A program made the translations under genes and the position numbers. This document shows positions 9,938 through 20,601 of a stretch of 64,000 nucleotides of DNA, piece by piece. The DNA is from a virus: positions 31,264 through 95,263 of the IMG/VR virus record IMGVR_UViG_3300022752_000037; one strand, given 5' to 3'. Every line of letters begins with the position of its first letter. Positions within the stretch are counted from its first letter, which is position 1. Under the pieces are notes generated by a model. It saw only the letters and a list, made by a program, of their open reading frames with translations, made no database searches and was not told where the DNA came from.

Positions 9938-10531
9938 TTCTGTGCTACCTTCTCTGTTTCCTAACCACCCTATAGGAAAAGTATTAAAACTTAAACTAAT
10001 TCTTGCATGTTCATGTTGAACAAGATCTACTTCATGGAATAAAGAAGAAGGAAAAATTAACAATTCTCCAGTTTTTACGGGGACCCACCATGACATAGAG
10101 TTATAGATATTCCATTCATTAGGAGTAACTAAAATGTCTCGTAAACCTTGATAATTGTGAAAAAAGATTCTATCTTCGCCTTCAACTGCGTTGATATAAA
10201 ATACACCGCTATATAAAGAATTCCAATGTTTATGTTGATGATGAGACTGTCCTTTTTTAGTTATATTGATCCAACTTTGAGTAATTTCTAAATGAACTTC
10301 GTTCTTTGGATTTATAATTGCTTGAAAATATTCATCTAAACTTTTTTTAAAAAAATTATTTAAACTTTGTAAAGCTGAATTTTTTAGAATATAATTGTCT
10401 GTTGTAAAAAAATTGGTTCGATTCTCTTTAAATTGAGCCTGATTCATTACAAAATCAAGCTCAAATGTTGTTAATGGTCTATCTAATATAAATTTACCTA
10501 GAGGTATAGGGAATAAGTTTAAAATTTCCAT
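9911..10531 (-). CDS. Putative 2OG-Fe(II) oxygenase (TIGR02466-like)
   Basis: SWIN, HxH (HKH), SGVFY, IFPSSLFHEV, RISLSFN. Confidence 0.85.
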   Translation of the reverse strand: MEILNLFPIPLGKFILDRPLTTFELDFVMNQAQFKENRTNFFTTDNYILKNSALQSLNNFFKKSLDEYFQAIINPKNEVHLEITQSWINITKKGQSHHQHKHWNSLYSGVFYINAVEGEDRIFFHNYQGLRDILVTPNEWNIYNSMSWWVPVKTGELLIFPSSLFHEVDLVQHEHARISLSFNTFPIGWLGNREGSTELIIPGLGH

Positions 10532-10538
10532 CCATTAT

Positions 10539-13500
10539 TTACGCTTGTGCTTCACCCCATCGTAAATTTATACTGGCATTATATCCTGTACCACCTGTCA
10601 AGTAAGCATTTATTGCTAATACATCAGGGCCGTTTGGAAAAGTACCACGTCCACCTATAGTAGTATTTGTCAACTCGTTCAATTTGGACAGATCCAATGA
10701 GCTGGATCCACCGGGAGCAGCAATTAATGAAAAAATTGTTTGTCCTGGAAGTGCAGCACTGGCAGCAGTAAAGGTTATATTTGTACCTATGTTCACGTTC
10801 CCAGTAAGAGCTTGATTTATTAGAATCCTTGTTACACCTGCAAATGGATTATTATCTGCTTTAGACTGTACAAGTGCTCCTCCTGCAATATTACTGCCAC
10901 TAACTGTTTGTCCAACTACTACTCCGCTCACGGTGTTGGTTGAAAAATATAAATCAATATTTCCTCTTTGTCTATTAAAATTTGTAGTTGCTGCTGTTAT
11001 AACAGTGGTTCCTGTGGTCCATGCCACAGTTCCTCCACTAGCAATTTGGGCAAAGCTTGGTTGTCCTCCAAGTGCAGACGAATTCAAACTTGTCCAAGTT
11101 ATATCAACAGGATTAGTAGGATAATTTTGAGGATTCAAGATTCCTTCAAGAACCATAGATCCTACTGCTCCAGATGTACCACCTGTAATTTCAACACCTT
11201 GTAAAAGTAACTGTGCTCGATTTATTAATTCTCTCTCACCTAAGTCACCAATGACGCTGTTACTAACACTTGGAGCAAGTCGGATTAAAAATACTGTTTT
11301 CTTAGTTGTTGTTAGACTAACTTCAGCTGCTTGATAATTAAAAATAAATCCTCTATCGTCATCAAAATTTCCATCTATAAGATAGGCACTACCCCAGTGA
11401 CTTATAATAGGACTTGCTGTACAACTTATCAATACAACACCTGACTTCGCTGCATGAGTAGAATTAGGACCTGCTTTATAGCTTCTTGCACTTCCTGCTG
11501 CGAAATTTGTATAGGTTGCACTTCTTGTAATTCCAGTTAGATTATTTCCAGACTTGCCACTAAATGATATTAGCTCATTATCAATGTAAACTACTCCTGA
11601 ATTAGGAAATCTTGATGCATCCTCTAACGGTATAGTAGTAGATAAAAGGTTCATAGAACTAGCTAATCTTCCGTTAGAACCTTCATTTAAAACTTCATAT
11701 CGTACAGGAAGGTTACCGGTTCTCATATATGCTTCGTTGTTAAGGTTGTTGCCCTTAAGTCTATGACAAAATAGATAATCTCCAGTCGAACCTCGTAACA
11801 TCCAGTCAATAAATCCTGCTCCGTACCAACTAAATTGTATTCCAATCATCTGCATTTTAGTCGGATCAATATGATATCCACTAGGGCCGTTTCCATCACA
11901 AGTATCAATATTCCATTCACTCTGCGGAATAATAATGTCTATAACTTTAGCTATTTTTACTCCGCTAACTAAATTTACACCTCTAAAATCAGGACTTACT
12001 GTCATGCTTGTTTGTCCGCTGATACTTGTTACTACGTGAGTCATTCCCCTAAGAACTATACGATCCCCTGCACTTAATTGATCTTGGAATCGAGTATTAT
12101 TTCCAATAACAGCATTACTGTTAGCTGCTATTGTAATAGTTCCGCTTAATTGAAAAGTACTGCTTCTTCTGCCTACTGCCATTTCTCGGCCGTCGTATTG
12201 CCAAAAAATTCCATTTTGGTCGTCAAAGATTCCTGATCTAACAACAGCACCCGACCAATATTTCATAGCAGCATAGCAAGGACTTCCTATGTCAGCACTA
12301 GTAGATCCTAAAGGTAAGTCTGCTTCTACAGTAAAAGCTCTTTCATCAATAATATTAGTAACAACATATTCACCATCATAACCAATAGTAGTTATACCTT
12401 CAATAACAACAGTAGATCCTACCTGTAATCCATGATCCATATCATCAGTAACAACCGTAATAGTCGATCCTGCACTAACTCCAGAAGCTATTGCACTCCG
12501 TATATCAAAACTTGGAGCAAATAAAGCTCCAGTGTTATACATAGCTCCTTTTCCTGATTGGTATCGAATATATTTTTTACTTTGACGTATAGCTTGAGCT
12601 CCATGTTGAGCTCCACCTGTGCTTAATTGAACTCCTCCATCAAAAGGTCTATGAGTAAAATAAGCATCAGGTCTAGCATATATCAATCCTGTGATTCCTG
12701 AAGTTTGCACACTTCCAGTTCCTCTAGCTGTCCATCTTATTTGTGTCAAACTAGGAACTTCTATAACAGAGAATGGACCAGCAGCTAGAGCATGATTAGT
12801 TCCTACACTTGTTATAGATACTAATATATTTGCTCCAGGAACTAAACCGTGAGCAGAAGCAAAATCTGCTTGAAGTGTAGCGATAGCACTAAAACTTACA
12901 CTACTAGCGACTCCCATACTGGCTGTAGTAGCTGCGGTTATACTTATTGCCGAGTAGACTGGTATTATGTTTCCCCTTACTGCTGTTCCTGAGCTAATAG
13001 TTAATCCATAAGCACCACCTTGTCCATAAGCACCACCTGGTAAGTAATTAGTTGTTGCGTCAATATAAAGTGCTAGATTGTTTGTTGGAGTGGTGCCTCC
13101 AAGATCTGCTCCATTAACAGTAAATCTATTACCTACATTATATCCAGATCCTGCATAGTAAGGAATAGCTGTATAGGAGCCTCCGTTACGCTGTACAGAT
13201 AATAATATTCCAGTTCCAATTGTTTCACTATTCGTTCCTGAAACATTCTGATATGTTCCTTCTGTTAAAGTGGTATGTGCTCCTCTTGCTGTAGTTACTT
13301 TTGTAACTGTGCCACTTGATACAGTATTGATATTAATATAAAGATCATCGTCTGGAGTCACTCCTCCTAGACTTGTACCTAAAATTTTAATTGTGTCTCC
13401 CTGTTGATACCCTGTACCTGCTTGTTGAATAGCAGGTAAAGTTCCACTACCTGTTACTGCTATACTAGCTTGATTAGTATATGTTCCATTAGCGGCTGAA

Positions 13501-15470
13501 ACATTGTATGGGTTAACTATAGCGGTAGTAACAGCTCCTCCTGTTACTCCTGTGATAGAAATTCTACAATCATTAGTTCCGTTTACTCCTCCTAATAGGC
13601 TACCTAACACTTTAACTACATCACCGGAGGCATATCCTGTTCCTCCTGCGGTTACACTATCTATAGTGTAAGTTCCTCCGTTACCTGTTATTGTAAATCT
13701 TGCACCTGATCCAGTAGGAACATTAGATGCTCCTAATGTATATACTCCAGCTGCTCCTACACTAATGTTAAATCTAGCATTGGTCCCTGTGCCTATTACT
13801 GAAACAGGACTTATAAAATAATCTTCTACATCTCCTTTAAATGCTGCTCCAATTTGATCTTGTAGAGTCGCTTGGTCTCCTGTTAAACTAGTAATAGCAT
13901 TTTGTGTACCTGAATTGTTTAAAACCATATTAGAACTGAGACCTGTTACATCTGCAAAATAAATTATTGTGTCGGAAGAGATAGTACTAAATTTTACTCT
14001 GTAGTCTCCAACTTTTCCACCAGTTCCGAATACACCAGCTGTTTGAGCCCCTGACGGTATAGATGGGTGGCTTACCGGAGCTCCTATTGACGGAGCGGTT
14101 CCTGTGAAATTAATAACTGTAGATCCAGAAGGAACAATATATGAAGTTGAGAAAGTTCCTGAGCTTCCGTTACTTGAGACGCTGATTGTGGGGTTAGCTA
14201 ATTCTGACCCAGTATAAAAAGCAGCCTTTCTCAATTGAACATTTGAACCGCCGATTACTTCATTTTGACTTAAACCTACTTTTGCCTTAGCATAAAAAGT
14301 AAAGCTGGATGTAGTAGGAACAGTATTAACTAAAAATGTACCTTCGGCTCTATTAAAACCTACCACTGTTGAATTAAGAGCCCTAATTGTAAAAGGGTCA
14401 CCTATAACCAATCCGTGGGAAGATTGTGAGGTAACTGTAATTAAACTTGATCCTATACCGCCACCGCTACTACTGGCATCAGTAGTAATTGAAGTTATAG
14501 GTATATCAGTGCCTAAAACTTCATAAGTAGTAGGATACCCTCTAGCCACCGCTATAGCCTGCCATTTTGTAGGTTGTAATCCATATTCAAAGTCTGCGTC
14601 TATCATAGCCTGAGGTTGGGATATTCTCATTCGTTCAATAGCATCAGTTCCAAAATCATAAGGGCGAACTCTAATCTCTGATGTTTCAACAAAGATTTGA
14701 AATTTATGTGTACTAAGCATTGAGCTTGTACTGTAATTCATAAAGATGGTTGTTACACCGTTATTAATCTGTATAGCATTAGGGAATTTATCACTATTTC
14801 CTGCGAAAAATTCTACCTCGCCGCCTTTGGTAGGATCTGTAAAATTAAAGACTACAGTATTTGTGGTTGAATTTGTTATCAGTAAAATTTCATTAAGCAA
14901 CCACTTTCCAATAATTTCTATACGTCCCGGACCGCCAATTTCCGCAGGTATAGAACTTAGCCCGTTTGTTATAACTGTGGTTATCAGACTGGATACTAGG
15001 GTTATGACATCATCTGATAAGGATTCAGCAGTCTTAGTCAAATCAATGACTTGGTCTACTGCTGTTTGATAAGCTGTGGCAGGTAAATTTTTAAAAATAT
15101 AATTATTGATCAGATCACGAGCAAATTGATAACTGCGAATTTCAGGTAATCTTGTTCCATCAATAACCGGAACATTACCATTCCAATAGCCTTTAGCTGC
15201 TTTTCGTGTAGCTACATTTCCTCCATACTTTAAATCAAAAATCCAAGCATCTAACACATACCCGCTATCTCTCAGACATAAATCGGTATCATAAACATAG
15301 CCAACAAATTCAGCATCATTAGCTGCTATACGAGCATTAATATAGCCTATTATTTCACGTTGAATAAATTCTTTATTAAGTTGTAAAAGAGCTAGAGCAT
15401 TAGGGTAAACATATGATGTCCAACCAGGTCCCGGAGTAAATCTATAATTTTTAATCAGTTTCTTACCCAT
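10539..15470 (-). CDS. Large virion structural/tail appendage protein (1643 aa)
   Basis: Gly/Ser/Thr-rich beta repeats; three T..HGL..G (FCCH-like) modules; one N-terminal helical CxRD domain; lectin-like region YQSGK...WYGAG. Confidence 0.7.
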   Translation of the reverse strand: MGKKLIKNYRFTPGPGWTSYVYPNALALLQLNKEFIQREIIGYINARIAANDAEFVGYVYDTDLCLRDSGYVLDAWIFDLKYGGNVATRKAAKGYWNGNVPVIDGTRLPEIRSYQFARDLINNYIFKNLPATAYQTAVDQVIDLTKTAESLSDDVITLVSSLITTVITNGLSSIPAEIGGPGRIEIIGKWLLNEILLITNSTTNTVVFNFTDPTKGGEVEFFAGNSDKFPNAIQINNGVTTIFMNYSTSSMLSTHKFQIFVETSEIRVRPYDFGTDAIERMRISQPQAMIDADFEYGLQPTKWQAIAVARGYPTTYEVLGTDIPITSITTDASSSGGGIGSSLITVTSQSSHGLVIGDPFTIRALNSTVVGFNRAEGTFLVNTVPTTSSFTFYAKAKVGLSQNEVIGGSNVQLRKAAFYTGSELANPTISVSSNGSSGTFSTSYIVPSGSTVINFTGTAPSIGAPVSHPSIPSGAQTAGVFGTGGKVGDYRVKFSTISSDTIIYFADVTGLSSNMVLNNSGTQNAITSLTGDQATLQDQIGAAFKGDVEDYFISPVSVIGTGTNARFNISVGAAGVYTLGASNVPTGSGARFTITGNGGTYTIDSVTAGGTGYASGDVVKVLGSLLGGVNGTNDCRISITGVTGGAVTTAIVNPYNVSAANGTYTNQASIAVTGSGTLPAIQQAGTGYQQGDTIKILGTSLGGVTPDDDLYININTVSSGTVTKVTTARGAHTTLTEGTYQNVSGTNSETIGTGILLSVQRNGGSYTAIPYYAGSGYNVGNRFTVNGADLGGTTPTNNLALYIDATTNYLPGGAYGQGGAYGLTISSGTAVRGNIIPVYSAISITAATTASMGVASSVSFSAIATLQADFASAHGLVPGANILVSITSVGTNHALAAGPFSVIEVPSLTQIRWTARGTGSVQTSGITGLIYARPDAYFTHRPFDGGVQLSTGGAQHGAQAIRQSKKYIRYQSGKGAMYNTGALFAPSFDIRSAIASGVSAGSTITVVTDDMDHGLQVGSTVVIEGITTIGYDGEYVVTNIIDERAFTVEADLPLGSTSADIGSPCYAAMKYWSGAVVRSGIFDDQNGIFWQYDGREMAVGRRSSTFQLSGTITIAANSNAVIGNNTRFQDQLSAGDRIVLRGMTHVVTSISGQTSMTVSPDFRGVNLVSGVKIAKVIDIIIPQSEWNIDTCDGNGPSGYHIDPTKMQMIGIQFSWYGAGFIDWMLRGSTGDYLFCHRLKGNNLNNEAYMRTGNLPVRYEVLNEGSNGRLASSMNLLSTTIPLEDASRFPNSGVVYIDNELISFSGKSGNNLTGITRSATYTNFAAGSARSYKAGPNSTHAAKSGVVLISCTASPIISHWGSAYLIDGNFDDDRGFIFNYQAAEVSLTTTKKTVFLIRLAPSVSNSVIGDLGERELINRAQLLLQGVEITGGTSGAVGSMVLEGILNPQNYPTNPVDITWTSLNSSALGGQPSFAQIASGGTVAWTTGTTVITAATTNFNRQRGNIDLYFSTNTVSGVVVGQTVSGSNIAGGALVQSKADNNPFAGVTRILINQALTGNVNIGTNITFTAASAALPGQTIFSLIAAPGGSSSLDLSKLNELTNTTIGGRGTFPNGPDVLAINAYLTGGTGYNASINLRWGEAQA

Positions 15471-15478
15471 ATTATTCC

Positions 15479-16417
15479 TTATATACCAAACACAACAGCC
15501 AATGCTAGACTTGTATTATCTACATAGTTTTTATTAGTTAATTGATTAGCACTAACTACACTACTACTAGAATATATTTCTCCTGCTACATTAATATCTC
15601 CCGAAACTCCGACCCCGCCAGCTACAATCAAAGCCCCTGTCATACTAGAACTAGATGCTGTAGAATTAGTAATATTAACTGGTATGGCAAAATTTCCTGT
15701 GCTTGTTGAACTAGCAGAAATTTGTATTTCTCCGTTAACTATCTGGTAGGTTATATTATTACCAGGTTTAAGTGTGAATTGACTTAGTTCTGTACCGCTA
15801 GCATTAAGATTTACCTTAACTCTACCATTACTCAATGAACTCGCTGTATTTGTTAATGTAGGTAAACTACTATTGATTGTTAATTTTTGATTTGTTACAC
15901 TAAGAGAAATATTCGTTCCTGCTTCGATTTCTACGTCATAATCTGTATTATTAGCATTTAGTCTTAATGTTTTACTATTAACACTTGTATTAACAAGATT
16001 AAACGTAGCGGCACCACCACCACCCTCCCCTGCTATATCAACTCCGTTAACCCATTTTGATCCATTATATTTTAAAACTTGTCCATTGAGCGGTGATGTA
16101 ACCTGTACGTCAGTTAGTGAAATTAGAGTCGAGGATCCACCGCCCCCTCCTCCGCTACTACTTATAGTAATTGTATCTGTAGTGTTATCTGTAGTAAGAG
16201 TAATTCCTGTACCAGCAGCTAATGTAAGAGTATCATTAGGCTGTTCCGCTACTATAGAAGCTTGTCCGTTTATAGCTATAGTTCTAAAAGTATCTTGACT
16301 CACTGTCGGTGGGGTCGCAGATTTTATGTCCCAAGTAGATCCAGTCCAAATCCAAGTTGTTGTATCTACTGTGATTTCCTGATTAATAGTAGGAATATTA
16401 GGAAAATTTATTGCCAT
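15479..16417 (-). CDS. Tail fibre-like protein
   Basis: N-term FP..P...W.W.G..W anchor; L.DV....GQVLKYNG..W and TGALIVAGGVG fibre repeats. Confidence 0.7.
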   Translation of the reverse strand: MAINFPNIPTINQEITVDTTTWIWTGSTWDIKSATPPTVSQDTFRTIAINGQASIVAEQPNDTLTLAAGTGITLTTDNTTDTITISSSGGGGGGSSTLISLTDVQVTSPLNGQVLKYNGSKWVNGVDIAGEGGGGAATFNLVNTSVNSKTLRLNANNTDYDVEIEAGTNISLSVTNQKLTINSSLPTLTNTASSLSNGRVKVNLNASGTELSQFTLKPGNNITYQIVNGEIQISASSTSTGNFAIPVNITNSTASSSSMTGALIVAGGVGVSGDINVAGEIYSSSSVVSANQLTNKNYVDNTSLALAVVFGI

Positions 16418-16423
16418 TGTTAC

Positions 16424-16444
16424 CTCTTAATAAGAGTATTTATT
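16424..16444 (-). promoter_or_regulatory. Late promoter plus SD hairpin element (copy 1 of a 21-nt identical element)
   Basis: Minus strand AATAAATACTCTTATTAAGAG, identical to 22364-22384. Confidence 0.7.
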
Positions 16445-16466
16445 GAAAAAATTATCCATATTATCA

Positions 16467-18209
16467 CTATGAAGTGAACCTGATAACTCCTGTTCCGCTA
16501 ATAAATGTAGAAATTTTATAAGCTCCTGAAGTCTGTGTAGAAATATTAAGATTTCCGGATATAGTTGTTATAGTAAGTGTATTAGGATATCTAACTTTAA
16601 CAACACCTGATCCGCCTGCTCCAGCAAATGCATTATAATGTGCTCCACCGCCACCGCCACCACCTCCAGTATTAGCAGTTCCTGCTACATTATTTCTTCC
16701 ACCGCCACCAATACCTCCTGAACTATTTGCTGCACCACGATCTGTTCTGCTATTTCCGCCACCTCCACCACCGTAGTAATTGCCATCTATAGGCCATTGT
16801 ACACCATCTCCACCGTTACCTCCTACTGAACTGCCTCCACCGCCACCATTGGATCCAGCTCCAGCACCACCACCTCCACCACCGTTATAAGGTCCACCAC
16901 CTCCACCATTTCCAGCTGTAAATGCTCCATATCTTGTTAACACGCCAGTGCTTTTACCTGTACTCGTTCCTGCTATGTCTGGTCCGGTGGCATTGTCTCC
17001 TCCACATCCTCCTCCAGGATTAGTGGCATTACCTCCTCGTTTACCAGGACTTGAAGTGTCATATAATGTATTTGATCCACCTCTACCTCCCCCGTTTACT
17101 GTTTCAGAGGCAAATATGCTATTTTGGCCTGTACCATTCACTGCTCCTCCTTCACCTATAGTCACAGAATAGTTTGTCGCTGATACTAAAGATAGTGTAC
17201 CGTAGGCAACTTCGCCTGCTCCGCCACCGCCACCGAGATCTGCTCCGCCACCGCCACCGCCACCTACTACTAAAACATCTGCGGAAAAGTTTATTGTAGT
17301 AGAAACAGATAAACTAAATGTACCCGAACCCGAAGTAAATGTCACTATTTTAAATCCTCCTATAGATGATTCGGTATAGACCAAACTCGGAGATGCGGTA
17401 ACTCCGTATGTTAAAGGAATTCGTAAAATAGCCACACCAGATCCGCCATTCGAGCCCACAGCATCTCTGGCACCTCCACCACCTCCACCACCAGTGTTTG
17501 CTTGTCCTGGAGTCGATGTCTGTTGTATACCGCCAGAATTACAAGCAGCTCCTCGGCCACCACCTCCTGTGCCGGCTGTACCTGCCACCATACCTCCACC
17601 GTCATACTGTGCGCCACCGCCACCGCCACCACTATAGTATACTGGGGATCCTGTTATAGACACTTCGTAACCGATTCCTCCGTTTCCTCCTCGACTTACT
17701 CCTCCGCTTATGGATCCATTAGAACCTGCCCCGCCTGCACCACCACCTCCTGCACCAGCTCCTGTGGCGTCACAGTTACCTCCTCCAAAACCTGTTCCTG
17801 CTGTTCCTCCGTCATAACCTTGGCCTGGAGTGCCTGTTCCTCCTGATCCATTAGAACCGCATACTGACCAGCCACCACCTCCACCAGATCCTCCATTTCC
17901 TGCACCTCCACCAGATCCTCCGTTACCGCCACCGATGGCAGTTCTGTTAACGAAAGCTCCTATTATTGAGGAGCTACCTGATGAAGCACCTCCATAAACA
18001 CCTCCAAGTCCAATGGAAAGTGAATAGTTTGCTAAAATCGCAAAAGCTTGGTTTATTTGATAAATGACTCCACCGCCACCGCCACCACCTGATTTTGTTC
18101 CAAAACCACCACCGGCACCACCACCGCCAACTAATAGGAAATCTCCACGTATTATAGCTCTATCTACGGACAATAATGCACGAGACTTAAATCGAGATAG
18201 TTTAGCCAT
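16467..18209 (-). CDS. Glycine-rich virion/adhesin protein with two Gly-rich domains
   Basis: Two LVVGGGGGG...GGSGVV.(L/V)R.P polyglycine domains. Confidence 0.75.
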   Translation of the reverse strand: MAKLSRFKSRALLSVDRAIIRGDFLLVGGGGAGGGFGTKSGGGGGGGVIYQINQAFAILANYSLSIGLGGVYGGASSGSSSIIGAFVNRTAIGGGNGGSGGGAGNGGSGGGGGWSVCGSNGSGGTGTPGQGYDGGTAGTGFGGGNCDATGAGAGGGGAGGAGSNGSISGGVSRGGNGGIGYEVSITGSPVYYSGGGGGGAQYDGGGMVAGTAGTGGGGRGAACNSGGIQQTSTPGQANTGGGGGGGARDAVGSNGGSGVAILRIPLTYGVTASPSLVYTESSIGGFKIVTFTSGSGTFSLSVSTTINFSADVLVVGGGGGGGADLGGGGGAGEVAYGTLSLVSATNYSVTIGEGGAVNGTGQNSIFASETVNGGGRGGSNTLYDTSSPGKRGGNATNPGGGCGGDNATGPDIAGTSTGKSTGVLTRYGAFTAGNGGGGGPYNGGGGGGAGAGSNGGGGGSSVGGNGGDGVQWPIDGNYYGGGGGGNSRTDRGAANSSGGIGGGGRNNVAGTANTGGGGGGGGAHYNAFAGAGGSGVVKVRYPNTLTITTISGNLNISTQTSGAYKISTFISGTGVIRFTS

Positions 18210-19215
18210 ACGACGATATATTTCCTAACAGTACAAAAGCTGAACTCTTGTAGTACATTAAGAAACTTATGATATCTTTTTTACTAGCAGAAGGAACAGA
18301 ATTAGCCCATTGTACTGCTGTTGCCGTTGAATTTATGGTAACTGTATTAGGATAATATGCAGTACTGCCTTGATTTACTATAATGTTAAATGATATAACA
18401 CTATTTTCTATAGTTGGTACATTTATAAAATTTGCCTGCCAGTTACTGCTACGACCACTGGTATAAAATAAAAGTCCTGCATTATAATTGTACGTATTTT
18501 GAACACCTAAATCTAAGAAATTTTCGAAACTTGGATTTATTATGTTTATAGTACCGGTCATAACAGCATGAGCACCGCATACATACTTGTAAGGTCCTAT
18601 GATATCAGGAGGAATATTCCAATATAATATACCCGAAGTTTTTGATTGAGCATTCGATCCTGTAGATATGACATCATTAGATCCTACGTGAACTAAACCG
18701 GTATTATAATTTGCAGAAGCAGAAGTCTGAATTACAAAAGGATGTCCGGGGGCGTTTAGATAAAAAGCCACTGTAGTTCCTGCTGTGAATGTTAAGGTCG
18801 GATTGTCTCCAGAATATGAACTAAAAGTGTAGGCTATAGCAGCATTATTTCCCACATCTAATTTAGTTACAGCAGGGTAAACCACTGGTTTCACTATAGA
18901 TGCTATTCCACCACTATCCACTGTTAAAGTAATATTGTCTGGTTTGATACCTCCTAATACAGAAGTTGTAGCTATAGGAATTTCGTCATTAGGAGAAAAT
19001 GTAAATTCTCCTGTAGCACCATTATATGTTAAACTTGATTGAGGAGCAGAACTAGCTGTTAATACACTAAGATCCGATAAAGAAATGCCACCACCACCAC
19101 CGCCTCCCGATGATGAAGATAAAATTCTCCAATATTCTCCGTTCCAAATCCAAGAAGTAGAATTATATGTATAAATGTCGTCTAGTACGGGTGATGATGG
19201 GAAGCTAAAAGGCAT
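18202..19215 (-). CDS. Tail fibre protein with a cupredoxin (blue-copper-like) domain
   Basis: FP..P...W.W.G..W N-term; GHPF...YVCGAHAVMTG. Confidence 0.7.
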   Translation of the reverse strand: MPFSFPSSPVLDDIYTYNSTSWIWNGEYWRILSSSSGGGGGGGISLSDLSVLTASSAPQSSLTYNGATGEFTFSPNDEIPIATTSVLGGIKPDNITLTVDSGGIASIVKPVVYPAVTKLDVGNNAAIAYTFSSYSGDNPTLTFTAGTTVAFYLNAPGHPFVIQTSASANYNTGLVHVGSNDVISTGSNAQSKTSGILYWNIPPDIIGPYKYVCGAHAVMTGTINIINPSFENFLDLGVQNTYNYNAGLLFYTSGRSSNWQANFINVPTIENSVISFNIIVNQGSTAYYPNTVTINSTATAVQWANSVPSASKKDIISFLMYYKSSAFVLLGNISSYG

Positions 19216-19222
19216 AATCTAA

Positions 19223-19228
19223 TATTTA
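19223..19228 (-). promoter_or_regulatory. Late promoter TAAATA
   Basis: 7 nt upstream of ATG 19215. Confidence 0.6.
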
Positions 19229-19708
19229 TTCGCTAGGATCAAGTGGCCACTGCACGTTCCACGGGAATCCTTCTTGTAGACTAACATCTCTCAGTGCTTG
19301 CCTATAATTTTTATATTCTAATTTCTTTTCTTCAGAAAGCGGACTATCGGGCAGTTGAGACCAATCTGTCATATATAATCGACCATCTCGTAATCTTCTA
19401 ATAGATTCTTCCTGTTCTTTATCTTCAGCTAGGCATTCTTCAGGTGTTTTATCTACAACTTCCCAGTTTTGAAACCAAATTCCATTGTAGGGATTTAGTC
19501 GAGGAGTTCCTTCAACTATTTTTTTATACCGTTCAACAGATGGTTGTTGACTGAATTCATAGATCCCATAACCTAAGGACTGAACCAAAGCAGGGGTAAT
19601 TATTTGATTAAAATTAAAATCAGGAAATAAGTATTCCATGTTTTCTTGGACTAAAGGATATCCCACTGCTAGTTCATTTTCTAACTTTATAAACATTGTC
19701 ATTGTCAA
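19226..19708 (-). CDS. Tail fibre assembly chaperone
   Basis: R..RD.RL..TDWSQLPDSP...YRQALRDV..Q.GFP..V.WP. Confidence 0.88.
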   Translation of the reverse strand: MTMTMFIKLENELAVGYPLVQENMEYLFPDFNFNQIITPALVQSLGYGIYEFSQQPSVERYKKIVEGTPRLNPYNGIWFQNWEVVDKTPEECLAEDKEQEESIRRLRDGRLYMTDWSQLPDSPLSEEKKLEYKNYRQALRDVSLQEGFPWNVQWPLDPSE

Positions 19709-20601
19709 ATATTTCCTGTGTTATTTGAAGGAAAGCTACGATTCGGTCCCCAGATGATTCTTAACCCTCCCGCAGCAGATTGACCGGAACTTTCGCCGGC
19801 ATAGGCAGCAGACGTAGAACCTCCAGCGCCGCCGCCATACGCTCCGCCACTACCTCCTACAGCAGAATTAAATCCATTGGTGGCCTGTGTACCATTCCCT
19901 CCGCCACTGCCTCCTCCTCCACCAGCTCCTGTTCTTGTTGCGGCAGCGGCACCATCAGCTCCTTGTCCAAGTAATCCAGTACCTCCTCCTCCTCCTCCAG
20001 AGTAGTAACTAGTGTAACCTGCCATTGTAGATCCTCCACCTCCAGCGCCGCCGGATCCAGCTGTTACTGCATCTCGATCTGATTCACCGTTTCCACCGTT
20101 TCCGGAGTATCCACCTGCTCCACCTCCCGCAGAAGCGCTAAAGTTTCCACCGCCGCCTCCACCTTTTCCTCCCGATCCACCCCCGTCTCCTGCGTATCCA
20201 CCACCAATTCCGCCAAATTTTTCACCGTACGGCGCCCCACCTCCTCCTCCTCTTACCGTGGTGGTGTTAATAAAATAACTGTCTGCTCCAGCTGACAAGG
20301 TTGCCCAACGTGATCCTCCAGAACCTCCGCCGCCTATGATTACAAGATAGCCAGTCCCAGGAACTACTGGGATATTATTTTTCCATCCTAATCCACCACC
20401 ACCACCAGCACCTTGGTTAAAACCATTGTAGCCAAATCCTGCTACAGATCCACCACCACCACCAATAGCTACAACATGCACTTTAGTTACACCCGCAGGT
20501 GCAGTAAATGTATAAGTACCTGGAGTTGTATACTGTACTTGTCCTGTAGGACCGCCTTCAATAGAATACGATCCAAGAGCTAGTCCTAATTTTCCGCCCA
20601 T
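19705..20601 (-). CDS. Glycine-rich adhesin-like virion protein
   Basis: YTTPGTYTFTAPAGVT.V.VVAIGGGGG...GGLRIIWG; start MGGKLG couples to the upstream stop. Confidence 0.75.
   Translation of the reverse strand: MGGKLGLALGSYSIEGGPTGQVQYTTPGTYTFTAPAGVTKVHVVAIGGGGGSVAGFGYNGFNQGAGGGGGLGWKNNIPVVPGTGYLVIIGGGGSGGSRWATLSAGADSYFINTTTVRGGGGGAPYGEKFGGIGGGYAGDGGGSGGKGGGGGGNFSASAGGGAGGYSGNGGNGESDRDAVTAGSGGAGGGGSTMAGYTSYYSGGGGGGTGLLGQGADGAAAATRTGAGGGGGSGGGNGTQATNGFNSAVGGSGGAYGGGAGGSTSAAYAGESSGQSAAGGLRIIWGPNRSFPSNNTGNI

Noticed and set aside
16467-20601. CCA/CCG/CCT-rich tracts as microsatellites or contingency loci
   Set aside because: They are imperfect, mixed-codon runs encoding polyglycine in Gly-rich adhesin domains
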